Below are positions 21,848 through 31,886 of a stretch of DNA of 64,000 bases, in pieces. Position 1 is the stretch's first letter. Each line of letters begins with the position of its first letter. Source of the DNA: Zootoca vivipara (lineage: Eukaryota). Below the pieces are notes generated by a model. That model did not search any database. It had not been told where the DNA came from and saw only the letters and a list, made by a program, of their open reading frames with translations. The translations under genes and the position numbers were made by a program. The stretch is taken from assembly GCF_963506605.1 (NCBI RefSeq), contig NC_083276.1, positions 57,350,001 through 57,414,000 on the forward strand, read 5' to 3'.

Positions 21848-24800
21848 TACAGAGGTATTGTATTTATAGACATATATAAACACTTGTGCACATAAGATTA
21901 TTTGGATGATTTATTGAAATGGTTGATATACCACTGTTTGCACAAGCCACAGGATGGTTTACAGTAAAGCAAATAGATCAAAATCTGTAACATCCATAAA
22001 TACAACACAATCATTATGAAGGAACTTGTGTGCTGTGAAGGTAGTCCAGAACTTTAATAGAACTGTGTATTCTCACACAGGCCTTTCTTACGTAATCAAT
22101 TTTAGGTTTATTTATTTAATAGACGTCAGCTGCTGTGGAATTATTATTTTTTTATTCTAAGGAAAGGAAGGATATAAAAGTAACAAAATATAAGAAAAAG
22201 ACAATAAAGAGAAAGAGAAGAGAATTTTTTTTTACTTCTAAAAGTTGAAGGCTTCCGTTTATGCATGGATACTGAAGTATACTAAAAGGCTCAGGCTTAA
22301 AGAAGGCCAACCCAAAACAATTTGATGGAATAAAATTTAAAATAAAAACCTTTCTGTGATTCATGTTTTTCAGTTTTGCCCTGGTATTCAAAGCCAACAG
22401 CACTTTTGTCCACTTTCTCCTTGTCCACACCATATTTACCACCAAAACCTTTGGAATAATCTGGAGATGGGAGAGAAAAAAATCAAAAAATCATCATAGC
22501 AGTACAAACTAAGACACTAAATTATTTCTCTTGATAGCTATTTGGCTAGTAGTGGTCAGTTCACATTTTCTCCTGCTCATCACTCCAACTGAGTATTCAA
22601 GTGTTGACTTACATGTGTGAAAGAGCCATCACTACCCAACCACCACAGAGGGCACTTTCACATCACAAGACAGCGAATCCATCTGTATTTTTCAATAAAA
22701 TATGGAGAAGGTAAAGAGAAGTGGCTTTTTACTTCCTGAGAAACGGCCTTTTGGAGAACAAGTGCTTGCAGTAGCTCCTTGCTGCCTCCTGCAAAAACTG
22801 AACAGGAACAGAAAGAGACTTGTTTCTTCCACGGAGAATAAAAGTGCATAATTCCTCTCATGGTTTTGCAGAAAGGAGCAGCAGCAGCAAAAACAAAAAT
22901 ATGGAAACAAAAGCCTAACTGCCTCTTATCCCTGCACTGCCCCACCCGCATCCCAGAGAACTGGGAAGACGGGGTCATTTTATTGGTTGGTTGGATAGTT
23001 TTTTTGGAAACCCATTACCAAGCTTTTGAAGAGAGACACTTTTTCTTGGTTTTCCACCACTGCAGCCAGAACTCAGAATTTAACCACTGCAGGTAATAAG
23101 ATTTTCTATCAAATCTACTAGATAAGCTTCTCACTTCCTCTAACGACAACTCTGGGTTGAAGAGCACTCTTGTTTTAGCTAAACCGTGAGAATTTTCAAA
23201 CACAAAAGGAAGGTTATTTGTTGAGTTGATGGTATAATAATGAGTCGCTGCCCTATTCTTTAAAGAGGGGGAAAAACATTTTACAAATGTACTGAATTTT
23301 TTAAAAATGCACAGAATATAATGCAAGTAACAAACCTTTCTGCGATTCATGCTTCTCTGTTTTCCCTTGGTAGTCAAATCCCAGTGCGCTCTTGTCTACC
23401 CTGTCAGCCTGTACTCCATATTTCCCGCCAAAACCACTTGAGTAGTCTGAGAAACAAGCACATTGAAATAATGTCAGAAACTGCATGGATGCCGGTTGAA
23501 CAGTTCTGAAGGTGATGCTAATTAGTGGCACCTCCTTCAATAATTACCTCCCTGCCACCCTTATAACTATGAAAGAGAGGTTTGAAGCATGTTAAAGAGT
23601 AAATATTTGGCATTTATGTAATAGTCAGTTACAGTAACTTTACTGAAAAAAGATAAGTTTATATTTATTTATTTATTTATTTATTTATGTAATCTTACAC
23701 CACATACTAGTCTTACTGCAAATTAGGGGTCATTTCTTTTAACAGCTCAGGAGCCTGAATAAAGCTTGTAGACCAATGCCCTCATACGGAACTGAAGCAA
23801 AATCCACATGATTTTGACGTGTGAAGGAAATGAATGCCCTAATAGGGCTTCCATCTGATTGGCTATTCATTTAGGAATAGACTCAATACTTAGATATAAA
23901 CACAAATGATATTCTGTAGAAAGTCTCTTGTAACAGAAGATTCTCTTGTTTAAAGGGTCCCATCTTTTTTTTTTATTAACCAACCCTAAAAAGGAAAGGA
24001 TTTGCCGCAACACATTATTTGAAAGGTCAATTCTTCTATCTGTGTCATTTGCCAACAGTGACATGGAATGACAGGTTTAACATTCCTGTTCCATAAGCCT
24101 TGATGAAAGAAATACTGAAATAGAATTCTGCAGCAGCATTTGTTGTGAAGAAGAAAAGACGAATTCTACACAAACTCCTCAGAATGCTTTACCTTTCTGA
24201 GAAGCATGTTTCTCGGTTTTCCCCTGGTATTCAAATCCCACAGCCGACTGCAGAAATAGAAAAAATGAAAATTATTTGAATAAAAATAAAAAGTATTACA
24301 AGAGTATTTTAAATGAAGAAACAGCCCCAAGTGGTATTAAGAAATGGCACTTACATGTGAACCATCTTAATACAGCCACATCAACACCTACACTATAAAA
24401 ATGTAGGAGGCAGCTATCAAATGCATTTCTAGAAATACAGGAAGTCGTTTACCTGGTCAACCCTATCGACTTGCACACCAAACTTCCCACCAAAACCTTT
24501 CACAGAGTCCACCTGGGAACAGTGCTGAGAAAGCTTAGACTGATATTCATGACCAACAGCCGACTGGAAGAACAAGAAAAGACACATTTAATATAAACAT
24601 ATGCACCAATTAACTTCCACCTAGAGGAAGGAAAAAGCTATTCATTCAGCACAAAATTGAACAAGTACTATGGTTACTGGATCCTCCCTGTGGAACCTGA
24701 AGTTTGTATAAGCCCCAAATAAACTATAGAAATGACATCAGAAAGCTAAGGGCGTCAATGAACAATTAAGAGCGCTTTTAAGATTATTCAAACAAGTTAA

Positions 24801-27800
24801 ACCATGGCTGCTCTGTATTTCGAAGAAAACACGTAACTTTAAAGGTTCGACCTTGATTGCCTTTTGTACTTATATTTTACAAGACAAGACAAGATTGCAG
24901 TCTTGGTTCCATGCATATTGGCCAGATCTTTATCTCCCCCAAGCCAGAAGGCCAACTTTGACAGGTGGATGGGACCAGCTACTTGTCAGTCATCTGCTGC
25001 CATACTGAACTAGATGGGACTGAACTCCCTGTGGATCAGTTGATGCAGTTGGTGGTTCAATCCTGCTTTGTGCAGCTTCATCTCTACCTGCTTCACACCT
25101 GACATCACATATGACATCAGGTGGGCCGGGTTTCAGAGAAACAGCCTCCTGGGCCAGATGCAGGAAGTTGGTTGGCCAAGTTTGGCTTTTGGCCTGGAGG
25201 TCACCATCCAAGATATATATGAACACAATCTCTTCAGCTGATATGATGCGAACATTGTAAAAATCCAGCTTTCTTGTTACTGTATTTTTACTTTTCCAAA
25301 TAAGATTTAAATTTCAAGTTCAAAATGCATTTATAGGTGCAAAGGCTCTTGAGCAAGTCACTGACAGGGAGGTATTGGTTCATTTCATTGAATGTTATAG
25401 GATGTGTGATCTTTGTTGCATATTTTGTGGTTTCTTCAACTTGGTAAATTGCCTTGTGTACAGCAATATAGAAAGGTGGTATACAAATTAAAAGTGAACT
25501 GGAGGGGGGGGAATTCCATTACCTCAGCTTATAGGAGTCAGTACTTCCATTTACCAAAATATATGAAGACTCAATTGTAAATAGCAAAGAAAATTGCAAA
25601 GAAAAAAAGCCAATGCACTAGCATGCATTGGTCTAGAGATGCAAGAAGGCCACAGGAAAGGGATAGCCCTTAACCACTACAAACTTCATTTCGAACTATC
25701 CGTGTGAATGAGGCCCACTTGGTATCTATGAGAAATCAAGCATTTAGTGTGGCTACCCCAACAGTGTGGAATGCCCTCCTGATGGAATTCCACCAAGCAT
25801 CTCAGCTTCTTATTCTTTAGATGTCTTTCAAAGACTTACTTATGTCAATAGGTTGTTTCAGCTGGATAAGTTTTATGTGATCGGCCAGATTCTTATGACA
25901 GTTTCTGTTTTTTTGATGCTTACCATGACTCTGTACGTGCTTTACACTACTTTTTCTAAACAAGTCGTCAGTATATTAAATATTGTTACAAATAAAAAGT
26001 ATAAATAAAATAAAGGCTGCCATTAGTGTGTCAGCAATTATGGCAGCTATTTTACCAGAAAGCATCTTCCAACTGCAAGAGAATTCAGCTAAAATTGTGC
26101 CTTCAGTGTGCACTATGTTGTGTTGTGTTGCTATCCTACAGGAAGCCACCAGACACTCTTTTCCTTTCCCAAAGTCTCTATCAAGCATTAACAACTTCCT
26201 CCACATTTGGTCTCCACATTTGTCTTCCTGCAGAGCAGGAGAGAGATGCTAAGCATGTGCCTTATCAAACAGGAGCTTTTCTAGCGCACAGTTTTTCATT
26301 TCTGAGTTTCAAAATAAAATAATAACAGAGTTTTCCGCATGGGAGGAGGTACAACAGGCTTCTATTCCAACTGCAATGACCAGCAAAAAAATCTATTGGG
26401 ACTGTGGGATAAACAATTTAATGATTGTACCAGGCAACCTGCAGATCAGATTTAAAGAGAAAGAGAGAAGTCATGTTCTAGTAAAATCATAGCCTCTTTC
26501 ATCAGCTGAGGTGGTTTCAGCTTGACCCAAGAGCTAGTTCCTCAAATCCTGTGTTCAGAATTAAGATACTTGGGGATTTTCCTCTTCGTCATCTGTCTGC
26601 TGAGGTAAGAGCTTGTGGTTGCTGCAACCCACACTCATATTTACTAACCACAATTCTCCTTCATGAATTGTTAGGATCAGAAGCCATTTACTGAATGCCA
26701 CAATGTAGGCCTAGAGCAGTGTATTGTAGTGTGCATATACCACCAGGCACCACACTGACTCATATCAAGCACGGAGGCAACGTGTCTCTTAGCAAATTTG
26801 CCCAATGGCTTTCTGCAATTCTTATTTTAGACTCCTACTACCTCTATGCCTCAATCAATAATAACTTTTTTTCTTTTTAAGCCAAGAGTCCTCAGCATTC
26901 TCAATCAATTTCAGTTGTCATTCTAGCCCATTTTAGCACAGAAATGGTCTTGGTTTGCCCTGTGAGATCACCTTTCCCAGAAGGCAGTCATGAGGGTTCT
27001 CCTAAACCTCTCAGCGGCTTTCAAGTCCATCAGCAGTATTACCCTTCTGTCATTTCAGCACCAGGCAAGAGGTTTTATTTTTATTTATTTTTTAATACAA
27101 TTTAGCTTCATGTTCATAATATGACTTCCCCACCATCACAGTCTTTATACTCTTAAGTGTTTTGTTATTGAATTTGATTTATTTCTTGTTGCGGGATGTC
27201 CTGAAAACTCTGTTATTGGGCAGCCTATAAATACTGCAAATAAATGAATTAATAATCCCCTAGTATTCCTCAACCTTCAGGCGCCGATTTCCAGTGATAG
27301 TGAGGGTCTGTAGAGAGAGGGGGGAGATGTCAAAGGCTTGATTCATGAATGGAAGGGAAGTTAGCATGAATGCCAGTTATGTATGTGAGGTAGACATTTC
27401 CTCAATTTAGAAAGTGTACTGGAAATATTAAACACCTTCCCAGGAGCAGCACATGACACAAGGTACTTTCACTTCCCTGCAATTAGAAAGCAAAACTGAG
27501 AGCTGGACGGATTGCCACTCACGTCAGACCAACTTTCCCACTCTCCCAAGATCCCTGTCAAAGGAATGCAACAATAGCACCAGACACCCAGAAGCAGAAA
27601 GAGGGACATGATATTTGAGCATGAGGCAGGGTCCAAGAAAGCCTGACAAGGCACCTGTTTGGCAAATCATGCCTGTACACAGCACGGCAGCCATGCAGAA
27701 TCTTCCACACTTACTTTGTCCATGCGGTCTTGTTCCACACCAAATTTCCCCCCGTAGCCATGGGAGGCTTTTGGTCCTGTTTGAAGTTCCTTCTCCTTGA

Positions 27801-30698
27801 GAGTCTGATGCTCTTGGGATACATTCTCCCTCAGTTTATGAATGCTTTTCGAGACAAAACCAATAAAAACAAGAGTAGTAAAAGATGCCACTTGGATCTA
27901 GCTCTCGCCTCCTGTGCCATTTTTGCCCTTAACGTTTTTAATTATCTTTAGAAAAAGAAAGAAACGGCATCAACTCCTCCCATAATTAAATAAAAACCAC
28001 TACAGTATTTGCATACCCGTTTCAGAATCCTTCTACATTATTCCCACCCATCTGCAGGTGAAGCAGGTACCTTGCTGCTTTAAACGGAGGAAGAAACCTA
28101 GGGGAGGAGTTCAATGTCGTAGTAAGGTTTCAGCTTGCCGAACAAAGCAATCCCTCCTCTCCTTCCTCCATGCACTGTTCTGGGGGTTCACCCAACTCTC
28201 CCAGAACCAATTTTAGGGGAGCACACAGGGGGCAGGGGAGGGACAGCCCTGTTGTGCAAACAGAAGTCCTTGTGCGGGGCTTCTGCTAATGGGACTCATT
28301 AGCTGACTCCTGTCTGAGAAGTCTGCAATAAGGAAATCCAAATGCTAATACTGCGTTGCATTACACCTCCAAAATGCAAAATATTTCAGTGCTTTCACCA
28401 TCCTGCCAAGAAAGTTCATCAATCACCCAAGATTTTGCAGGGCAAAAATAGTATTTCTTGTGCTGACTGAAGTGCAAGAAGTCACAGGCTATATCCATTG
28501 TATCATTTATCTCACACTGTGTGGAGCTGCCTTTAAATTATCTGTCCCGCTAATTGATATTGTTATAATTTGGCTATTATTGGGGGAATATTTGAAAACT
28601 AATAAAAATTTACTTATGAAAAAAATAAAATTAACTGTCCCAGTTTTATTTACAGCCCATGACATTGTTCAGAAAAGGCCGTTCATCCTACACTGTTCCT
28701 AACAATAAACATGCGGGTGCTGTCTGCCCTGCCACCTTACCTGATAGTACTATTCCAGAGATGGAGCTACTTCAAGCATCCGTGTACAATGCCGGAAGCT
28801 ATGCTATTACAGCTCACCAGGCCAGGGTTTCTAACCTGCCTTTAGGAACAGGCAATTGTTGCAAAAATTTCCAAACTATGTTTTGAAGCATACCACAGAG
28901 CAAATGACCAGAGTGGAGTAGGAAAACTGGTTCCTCAACTGTGTCACATGCTCAAGAAACATTTGTTTTCAATATTTAGAGCTGGAAGCCATTACAGTCG
29001 TACCTTGGTTTTCAAACAGCTTAGTTCTCAAACATTTTGGCTCCCGAACGCCACAAACGCGGAAGTGAGTGTTCCGGTTTGCAAACTATTTTTGAAAGCT
29101 GGACATCCAAATGGGGCTTCCTGCAGCCAATCAGAAGCCACGCTTTAGTTTCCGAACATTTTGGAAGTCGAACGGACTTCCGGAATGGATTCCGTTCGAC
29201 TTCCAAGGTACGACTGTACTGATGTCTTCGTAACCTTCAGATTTCATTACAGCAATACTATCTACCTTTCAAAACTGATCATTAGGTTACCATTCAGGTA
29301 AGTTACATAAGGCTATGTTTTTCACCAGCTGCAGGCCCAGCCTTAGACTGAAGTTGAATCAGAGAAATAAGAATGGTTGCCATGCACAGGACTTAGGGGA
29401 GAAGCTCTGAAATTTTGCCCTTCTATTTCTGAGACATTGTATGCAGCAATGGAGGTGGTAGCTGGAAGCAGTTTTTCACTTCCCTTTAGAACATATAAAA
29501 ATATATGAGCACTCACAGTGACAGCAGTGGGCTGGTGAGAGCATACCATGCAATTAATATCTCAACCACAATTAAGAGATTGAGAGTGAGCTGCCAGATA
29601 ACATTATTATACCCCCAGTCTCTCCCCAAAGCAAATTCCTTACCCAAAGTTAAAGGGCATTTCGACACCGACATTACCAGCAGCTAATGTTAACTACCTG
29701 TTTAGCCAAGGATTCTTGACCAGCTTCAAACTTTGGTTAAGAGCCCTGGGTTAAAAGATGAGGCCCATTACGTGCGCACAGCTTCTGTTCACTGTTTTTC
29801 CAGAGCAAGGCTCTTTTCAGGCTGAGGACCGCATTCCCTTCAGGGCAATATTTGTGGTGGGCGGGGCCAGAGGCAAAAAAAAGTGGGAGGAGCGACAGAA
29901 ATGCATTTTAGCTTTGCACAGTAGGCTAGTTTCTATATATGCATACACTCCACCCTGCAAGAGACATTCTCAGTATTCAAGGGCACATTCCAACCAGGCA
30001 AAAACACTTAAGGAAGGATGTGGCTGGGAAGAGTCCCAAGGGCCAGATGGAGAGGGCTCAATGGCCATATTTGGCCCCCAGGGCCTAAGGTTCCCCAACC
30101 CTGCTCTAGAAAAGGAATAACGTGCCAAAACTATCAACAGAATCGGTTTTAAGACCATGAAAGATGTAGCTTACTTGATGTGTTCTTGGTGACCAGATCC
30201 CTGCACAGTTTTAGCACCCCAGCGCTGCTCTTTTTCACTCACATCATTCTGCAAAGTACACGGAAAAGAGAAACAGGTTAAGCAGCAATTACAATTGAAC
30301 CAGAGCATTCAGAGGTGAAAGAGACTTTAATGAAAGCAAATCCTACCATTGCATCCTCCCTGCCTCTTCCCATCTGTCACTGGTCATTTTGGCTAATTTC
30401 AGTTTCATTTCCTGCCCTCTTCCAACAAGTCCTTCAGCAGGAGAAACATGCAGCTACTAAAAGGCCCAGTTAAATTCATTTATTTGTTGGGTACAAACAT
30501 AAGCATGTCCCTCCCGATGACTCTCAGGCTTTGACTTAGCAAGCCCTAAATTCCTTGCTTTGCAAGTAATTCTAACTAGCATGGCTAGCATTTAGAGAAA
30601 GTTTCTAACCATACCACAAAGTCAGGATCCGTTTCCCAGTCATCAGCACCATCATCTTGGCTGACACTGATAGTGTGGCCTGCGCTTGCTTTCCACAT
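2094..30698 (-). CDS. CTTN: Cortactin, complete spliced CDS (16 coding exons, 1665 nt, 554 aa)
   Basis: Exons 30698-30615, 30248-30175, 27844-27715, 24563-24453, 24247-24193, 23446-23336, 22460-22350, 21003-20893, 19168-19058, 17440-17385, 16312-16243, 15275-15127, 11780-11679, 10449-10266, 9601-9533, 2230-2094. They join in frame from MWKASAGH...[10 protein letters not shown] (NTA/DDW motif) through the GFGGKFGV repeats, helical and Pro-rich regions to SH3 ...[12 protein letters not shown]. Boundaries are AG/GT except one GC donor. Confidence 0.96.
2497..2632. mobile_element. hAT-type MITE; its right TSD is split by the LTR element
   Basis: CAGGCTTCCTCAAACT TIRs; TSD GCCTAGGT versus GC|CGAGGT. 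Confidence 0.85.
2635..3062 (-). repeat. 3' LTR (428 bp) with two AATAAA signals (2698-2703, 2691-2696)
   Basis: Direct repeat of 8020-8447; preceded by PPT. Confidence 0.96.
2759..6886 (-). CDS. pol: Retrotransposon Pol (protease, RT, RNase H, integrase, chromodomain, long tail), entered by -1 frameshift
   Basis: ORF 2759..6793 with the frame open back to 6886. LIDSGA protease; LDLRGAY, MPFGL and FLDD RT; TDAS RNase H; HHCC, SMDF/SDRG/AER and GPF integrase; chromodomain ~3574-3407. Confidence 0.95.
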   Translation of the reverse strand, partial: GKRESLAAGDKGQQPGTVSRQQPQPAHPHREVQSQPTPPRAGVVLEVTLTLPNGYPLTVLALIDSGASANFFSRSFAEEHQIQLLQLDFPLHVATIDGRELLGGAITHQTPPMRMTVGRHSETLAFNVTTISDPPIVLGMSWLARHDPSISWHQRCITFGSDFCLEHCMQHQPGEGPPIATVATMHVKGGEAIPKPYWDLQEVFSEAESDHLPPHRSFDCQINLVPGATIPPAKLYAMSDQELEDLRAFIDKNLKRGFIRESKAAGGSPVFWVDKKDTQQRRLVVDFRRLNSVTEPVAFPMPRVDDLLTAARRGKIFTKLDLRGAYNLIRIREGDEWKTTMFTPLGSFEYLVMPFGLQGGSACFQAFMHHVLGSLLFRKCLVFLDDILIYSNDPVQHVKDVREVLQRLKENHLYVKLEKCKFHTKEVDFLGYKLSDKGLAMDKDKVQAILDWHSPRTRKDAQRLLGFANFYRKFIKNFSRVTAPITDCLRGKQKFKWTPEAQAAFESLKRVFASDQNLFHVVQDAPLRIETDASEKAVGAILLQLDANREWRPCAFFSRKLTQPERNYTVFDRELLAIYAAFQHWRHFLVGAKHPIQVCTDHKNLEFWRTARVLNQRQIRWAEFFSNFNFSIHYIPGEQNVRADALSRKPEYMEEEAPPAPRHIFPPSAWSCGAAVVSEAELTALTAADEFANRIFRELRGGREQAKDFAERRGLLFYKGALYLPTTQLRRTVLKQMHDNPTAGHFGRDKTAHLVMRHFWWPGVREDVRDYVRGCTTCQRAKVVRAAPPGLLEPLATPHRPWEVVSMDFITDLPSSRGKTAVLVVVDLMSKMCHFIPCARAVSAEETAKLFVDHIFRLHGLPLRVISDRGRQFVSRFWRRLMNLLQVEVSLSTARHPQTNGQAERVNAILQQYLRCYVSQRQTDWVDRLPLAEFAYNNAVHVSTGVSPFKANYGRDLRSFPEREREEEEEEGPQAEDWAEELETVHQQLREHLERAKEAYKKGADRHRRQGEVIRVGDKVWLSSEGLPTRGRCKKLAPKRLGPFTVTQQVNPVAYRLALPEDMRVHPVFHRSLLSPYRESSRLRDSEQTPEGGGEREGREQLNEATAILDSRWGVGGLEYLMAWEDAPPSQNEWVPATQIQEEFLVEEFHALFPHRPKPWHMEREGEEEEARESSSPWRWEAEFEEPEDEVWVSPRSTQSEEGADWQNVFTPTSSDATDFLGFPSAQAEGGGSQDWGEVFTPTGSESTEFLGFQSSPTHGGGLGRGEGELGRGVDVRDRGYREVPPLLSSSPSPSKGESRESSDSSGEAGSRVRGSGKVEEPGSQVGQEGASKGGRPIPPTPELRRKRRGKRMGLPKLLCWRKTRQKPLGGSETD
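3063..3076 (-). promoter_or_regulatory. Polypurine tract (GGGAGGGGGGTGGA)
   Basis: Purine run abutting the 3' LTR. Confidence 0.85.
6751..7977 (-). CDS. gag: Retrotransposon Gag (coiled coil, capsid, CCHC zinc knuckle)
   Basis: ORF 6751..8001, first ATG at 7977 (MSVSEEE); FNGDPKEF and [11 protein letters not shown] capsid motifs; [14 protein letters not shown]. Confidence 0.92.
   Translation of the reverse strand: MSVSEEEKWRQIAEQAQLELQQLSLQAQGELKAAKEETKKVQDDRLQLAEQVRELQEKEQHLRAVAVDLQNKLDAEKNKAGGAPQVQVLPGRRAGTLVSKFNGDPKEFQGFETEIVYALELHQNEFPDDEHRVAFIVEHLTGAAREWLRPLIATKNPCMKNVQQFLEGLRTMYSSDSHLDQTKEELHNLRQGNMTVRAYWAKFTMLVHRLGWVLDSPPMQAAFYLGLSEEVKDELSRGPKPSTMDQLSKAALAVGVRQESRWNDKQATRAKRAWFPRSQEKPLPQQPFQATPGASQDQEPMQIDSARARAFQTPAAPRRKEGRGGNCFLCNSPQHLVRDCPHRREWQGKAGTVVPSPTDAAPQQGNGKAWLQETRGSSQAQSADNSPSPPTRTERCRASPPLPEQEWF
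6817..6886 (-). promoter_or_regulatory. -1 programmed ribosomal frameshift signal (G GGA AAC + 6-nt spacer + stem/pseudoknot)
   Basis: Heptamer at 6886-6880 in the gag frame; 10-bp stem 6873-6864/6848-6839; loop GGGGC complementary to GCCCC at 6821-6817; pol lies in the -1 frame. Confidence 0.85.
8007..8017 (-). promoter_or_regulatory. Self-priming primer-binding site (AACCTCCTAAT), complementary to LTR 8158-8168
   Basis: No TGG tRNA-type PBS; perfect 11-nt inverted match within the LTR. Confidence 0.8.
8020..8447 (-). repeat. 5' LTR (428 bp)
   Basis: Direct repeat of 2635-3062 with no difference seen by eye; minus-strand ends TGTGAG...GTGACA. Confidence 0.96.
9306..9441. mobile_element. 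hAT-type MITE
   Basis: CAGGCATCCCCAAACT TIRs; TSD TTATGTAT/TTATATAT. Confidence 0.87.
9533..9601 (-). CDS. CTTN: CTTN coding exon 15 ([22 protein letters not shown]; start of SH3)
   Basis: 69 nt; ALYDY SH3 motif. Confidence 0.94.
10266..10449 (-). CDS. CTTN: CTTN coding exon 14 ([11 protein letters not shown]...[15 protein letters not shown])
   Basis: 184 nt, open frame, AG/GT; Tyr-rich region. Confidence 0.9.
10838..11035 (-). mobile_element. RTE-clade LINE 3' fragment (non-BovB type)
   Basis: Minus frame encodes [43 protein letters not shown] (RTE C-terminal C2H2 finger); (GAA)n tail. Confidence 0.78.
11679..11780 (-). CDS. CTTN: CTTN coding exon 13 (Pro-rich, [16 protein letters not shown]...PSSPVYE)
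   Basis: 102 nt; within ORF 11652..11912. Confidence 0.93.
14162..14314. other. Assembly gap (N run)
   Basis: N bases. Confidence 0.99.
15127..15275 (-). CDS. CTTN: CTTN coding exon 12 (helical region, [16 protein letters not shown]...ARRTLE)
   Basis: 149 nt, AG/GT. Confidence 0.93.
16243..16312 (-). CDS. CTTN: CTTN coding exon 11 ([23 protein letters not shown])
   Basis: 70 nt, AG/GT. Confidence 0.93.
16960..17106. other. Assembly gap (N run)
   Basis: N bases. Confidence 0.99.
17385..17440 (-). CDS. CTTN: CTTN coding exon 10 ([19 protein letters not shown])
   Basis: 56 nt, AG/GT. Confidence 0.95.
18449..18494. repeat. Compound (CT)n(AT)n microsatellite
   Basis: Direct reading. Confidence 0.9.
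19058..19168 (-). CDS. CTTN: CTTN coding exon 9 (cortactin repeat, [20 protein letters not shown]...HESQQ), GC donor
   Basis: 111 nt only if the donor is AAG|GCATAC; within ORF 18990..19181. Confidence 0.9.
19300..20345 (-). mobile_element. Degraded L2/CR1-type LINE fragment
   Basis: Broken ORFs with [21 protein letters not shown] and [10 protein letters not shown]-like motifs; boundaries approximate. Confidence 0.72.
20893..21003 (-). CDS. CTTN: CTTN coding exon 8 (cortactin repeat, [26 protein letters not shown]...)
   Basis: 111 nt, AG/GT. Confidence 0.95.
21294..21429. mobile_element. hAT-type MITE
   Basis: CAGGCATAGGCAAAC TIRs; TSD GCCTTGAG/GTCTTGAG. Confidence 0.87.
21809..21845. repeat. 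(TG)n microsatellite
   Basis: Direct reading. Confidence 0.95.
22350..22460 (-). CDS. CTTN: CTTN coding exon 7 (cortactin repeat, [19 protein letters not shown]...)
   Basis: 111 nt, AG/GT. Confidence 0.95.
23336..23446 (-). CDS. CTTN: CTTN coding exon 6 (cortactin repeat, [19 protein letters not shown]...)
   Basis: 111 nt, AG/GT. Confidence 0.95.
24193..24247 (-). CDS. CTTN: CTTN coding exon 5 ([18 protein letters not shown])
   Basis: 55 nt, AG/GT. Confidence 0.95.
24453..24563 (-). CDS. CTTN: CTTN coding exon 4 ([17 protein letters not shown]...VDRVDQ)
   Basis: 111-nt repeat exon, AG/GT. Confidence 0.95.
27715..27844 (-). CDS. CTTN: CTTN coding exon 3 ([12 protein letters not shown]...EQDRMDK)
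   Basis: 130 nt; within ORF 27667..27891. Confidence 0.95.
28995..29216. mobile_element. Tc1/mariner (Tigger/pogo-like) MITE
   Basis: CAGTCGTACCTTGG TIRs; TA TSD. Confidence 0.85.
30175..30248 (-). CDS. CTTN: CTTN coding exon 2 ([24 protein letters not shown])
   Basis: 74 nt, AG/GT flanks. Confidence 0.95.
30615..30698 (-). CDS. CTTN: CTTN first coding exon ([28 protein letters not shown])
   Basis: AG acceptor immediately before ATG; DDW Arp2/3-binding motif; GT donor. Confidence 0.95.
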
Positions 30699-31842
30699 CT
30701 GAAATTTCAGAAGAAACAGTGACATTAGACTGAAAACTTAAGGTTTCATACTTGCAGTACAAAATAGTTCTGTGTTCTGCAAGAATCACATTATTATTGC
30801 TAAGAAAAATATATAGATTCCACCCTTCACCCTCTAACCCAATGAAAGGTTGGTTAATGGTTTTGCTATGGTTAGATGCTGCCAACAACTGCAATTCTAA
30901 TGGGTGTACATTTAGCTAACCCCACACTGTTGCAAGCTGAATACATTTTAAAGAATCCTCTTGCCATTATTCCACAGCTAGGAATAGTCACTGGCATCAT
31001 TTCAAAGGAAAAGGAGGAAATTCATTCCCGTAAGAGTCAGCATGCATATGTTTGGTCCATTCATTCATTCATCTGAAACACATTGTGAACCAGCCACAAA
31101 AAGGGAGGCCTGTTCAGAGAAGGCATGAAACAGGCTGAACTGTTTAGCCATCTCACCTCTGCACACTTACAGCAAGATAGTTTTATACAAGATAGCTTTT
31201 GCTTCTACTATTATTTATTGCAATTATGGAAATGGGTGATTTTAAAGGTAGCTTCTCTTTATATAAATGGGTTTCAACTGAGATAAAAATGGCCATGGGC
31301 ATTAACTAAAGACATGTGGACAATCTGGAGCAATTTCTTGCCTCCCCACACAGGCAGTTTGAAGACCACCCCAGTTCCATAAAGCTCAAATCCTCTCCCC
31401 ATAAAACATAGCAGACCAAAAATAAAGGTGCAGTGCTCTGTAAATCACACTGAATTCAGCGAGACTCACTTTAGAGTAAGCGTGCTTGGGATTACATACA
31501 GTCATCAACATTCATAGAGGATCAGAGGTACTGCACAACAGACAACATTTCAGCCTCTCTTCTTTTGCAGACGCAAGAGATACTGAGTTTTCCTTTCTAG
31601 CTCTAACCTTTCCACTGAACAGTTTTCCACTGAACATGGTTAGCAGCTCAGTGGCTTTAAATTTCCTATGCAATTTGCTGTTCTGGCCAATTTCTTTCAA
31701 ACCAGGCTGGAGAGAAACGTTATCCATGAGTCATTGACTCACACAATTTCTGGAAAAGGGGTAAGGGGGTGGGGAATAGATAACTCAGACAATCAGACAC
31801 GCTGGCTACTTTGTTCTACTGATTCTTCAGCAGCCAGAGTGG

Positions 31843-31843
31843 A

Positions 31844-31886
<43 letters not shown>
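31843..31886. repeat. (ATT)n microsatellite
   Basis: Direct reading. Confidence 0.95.
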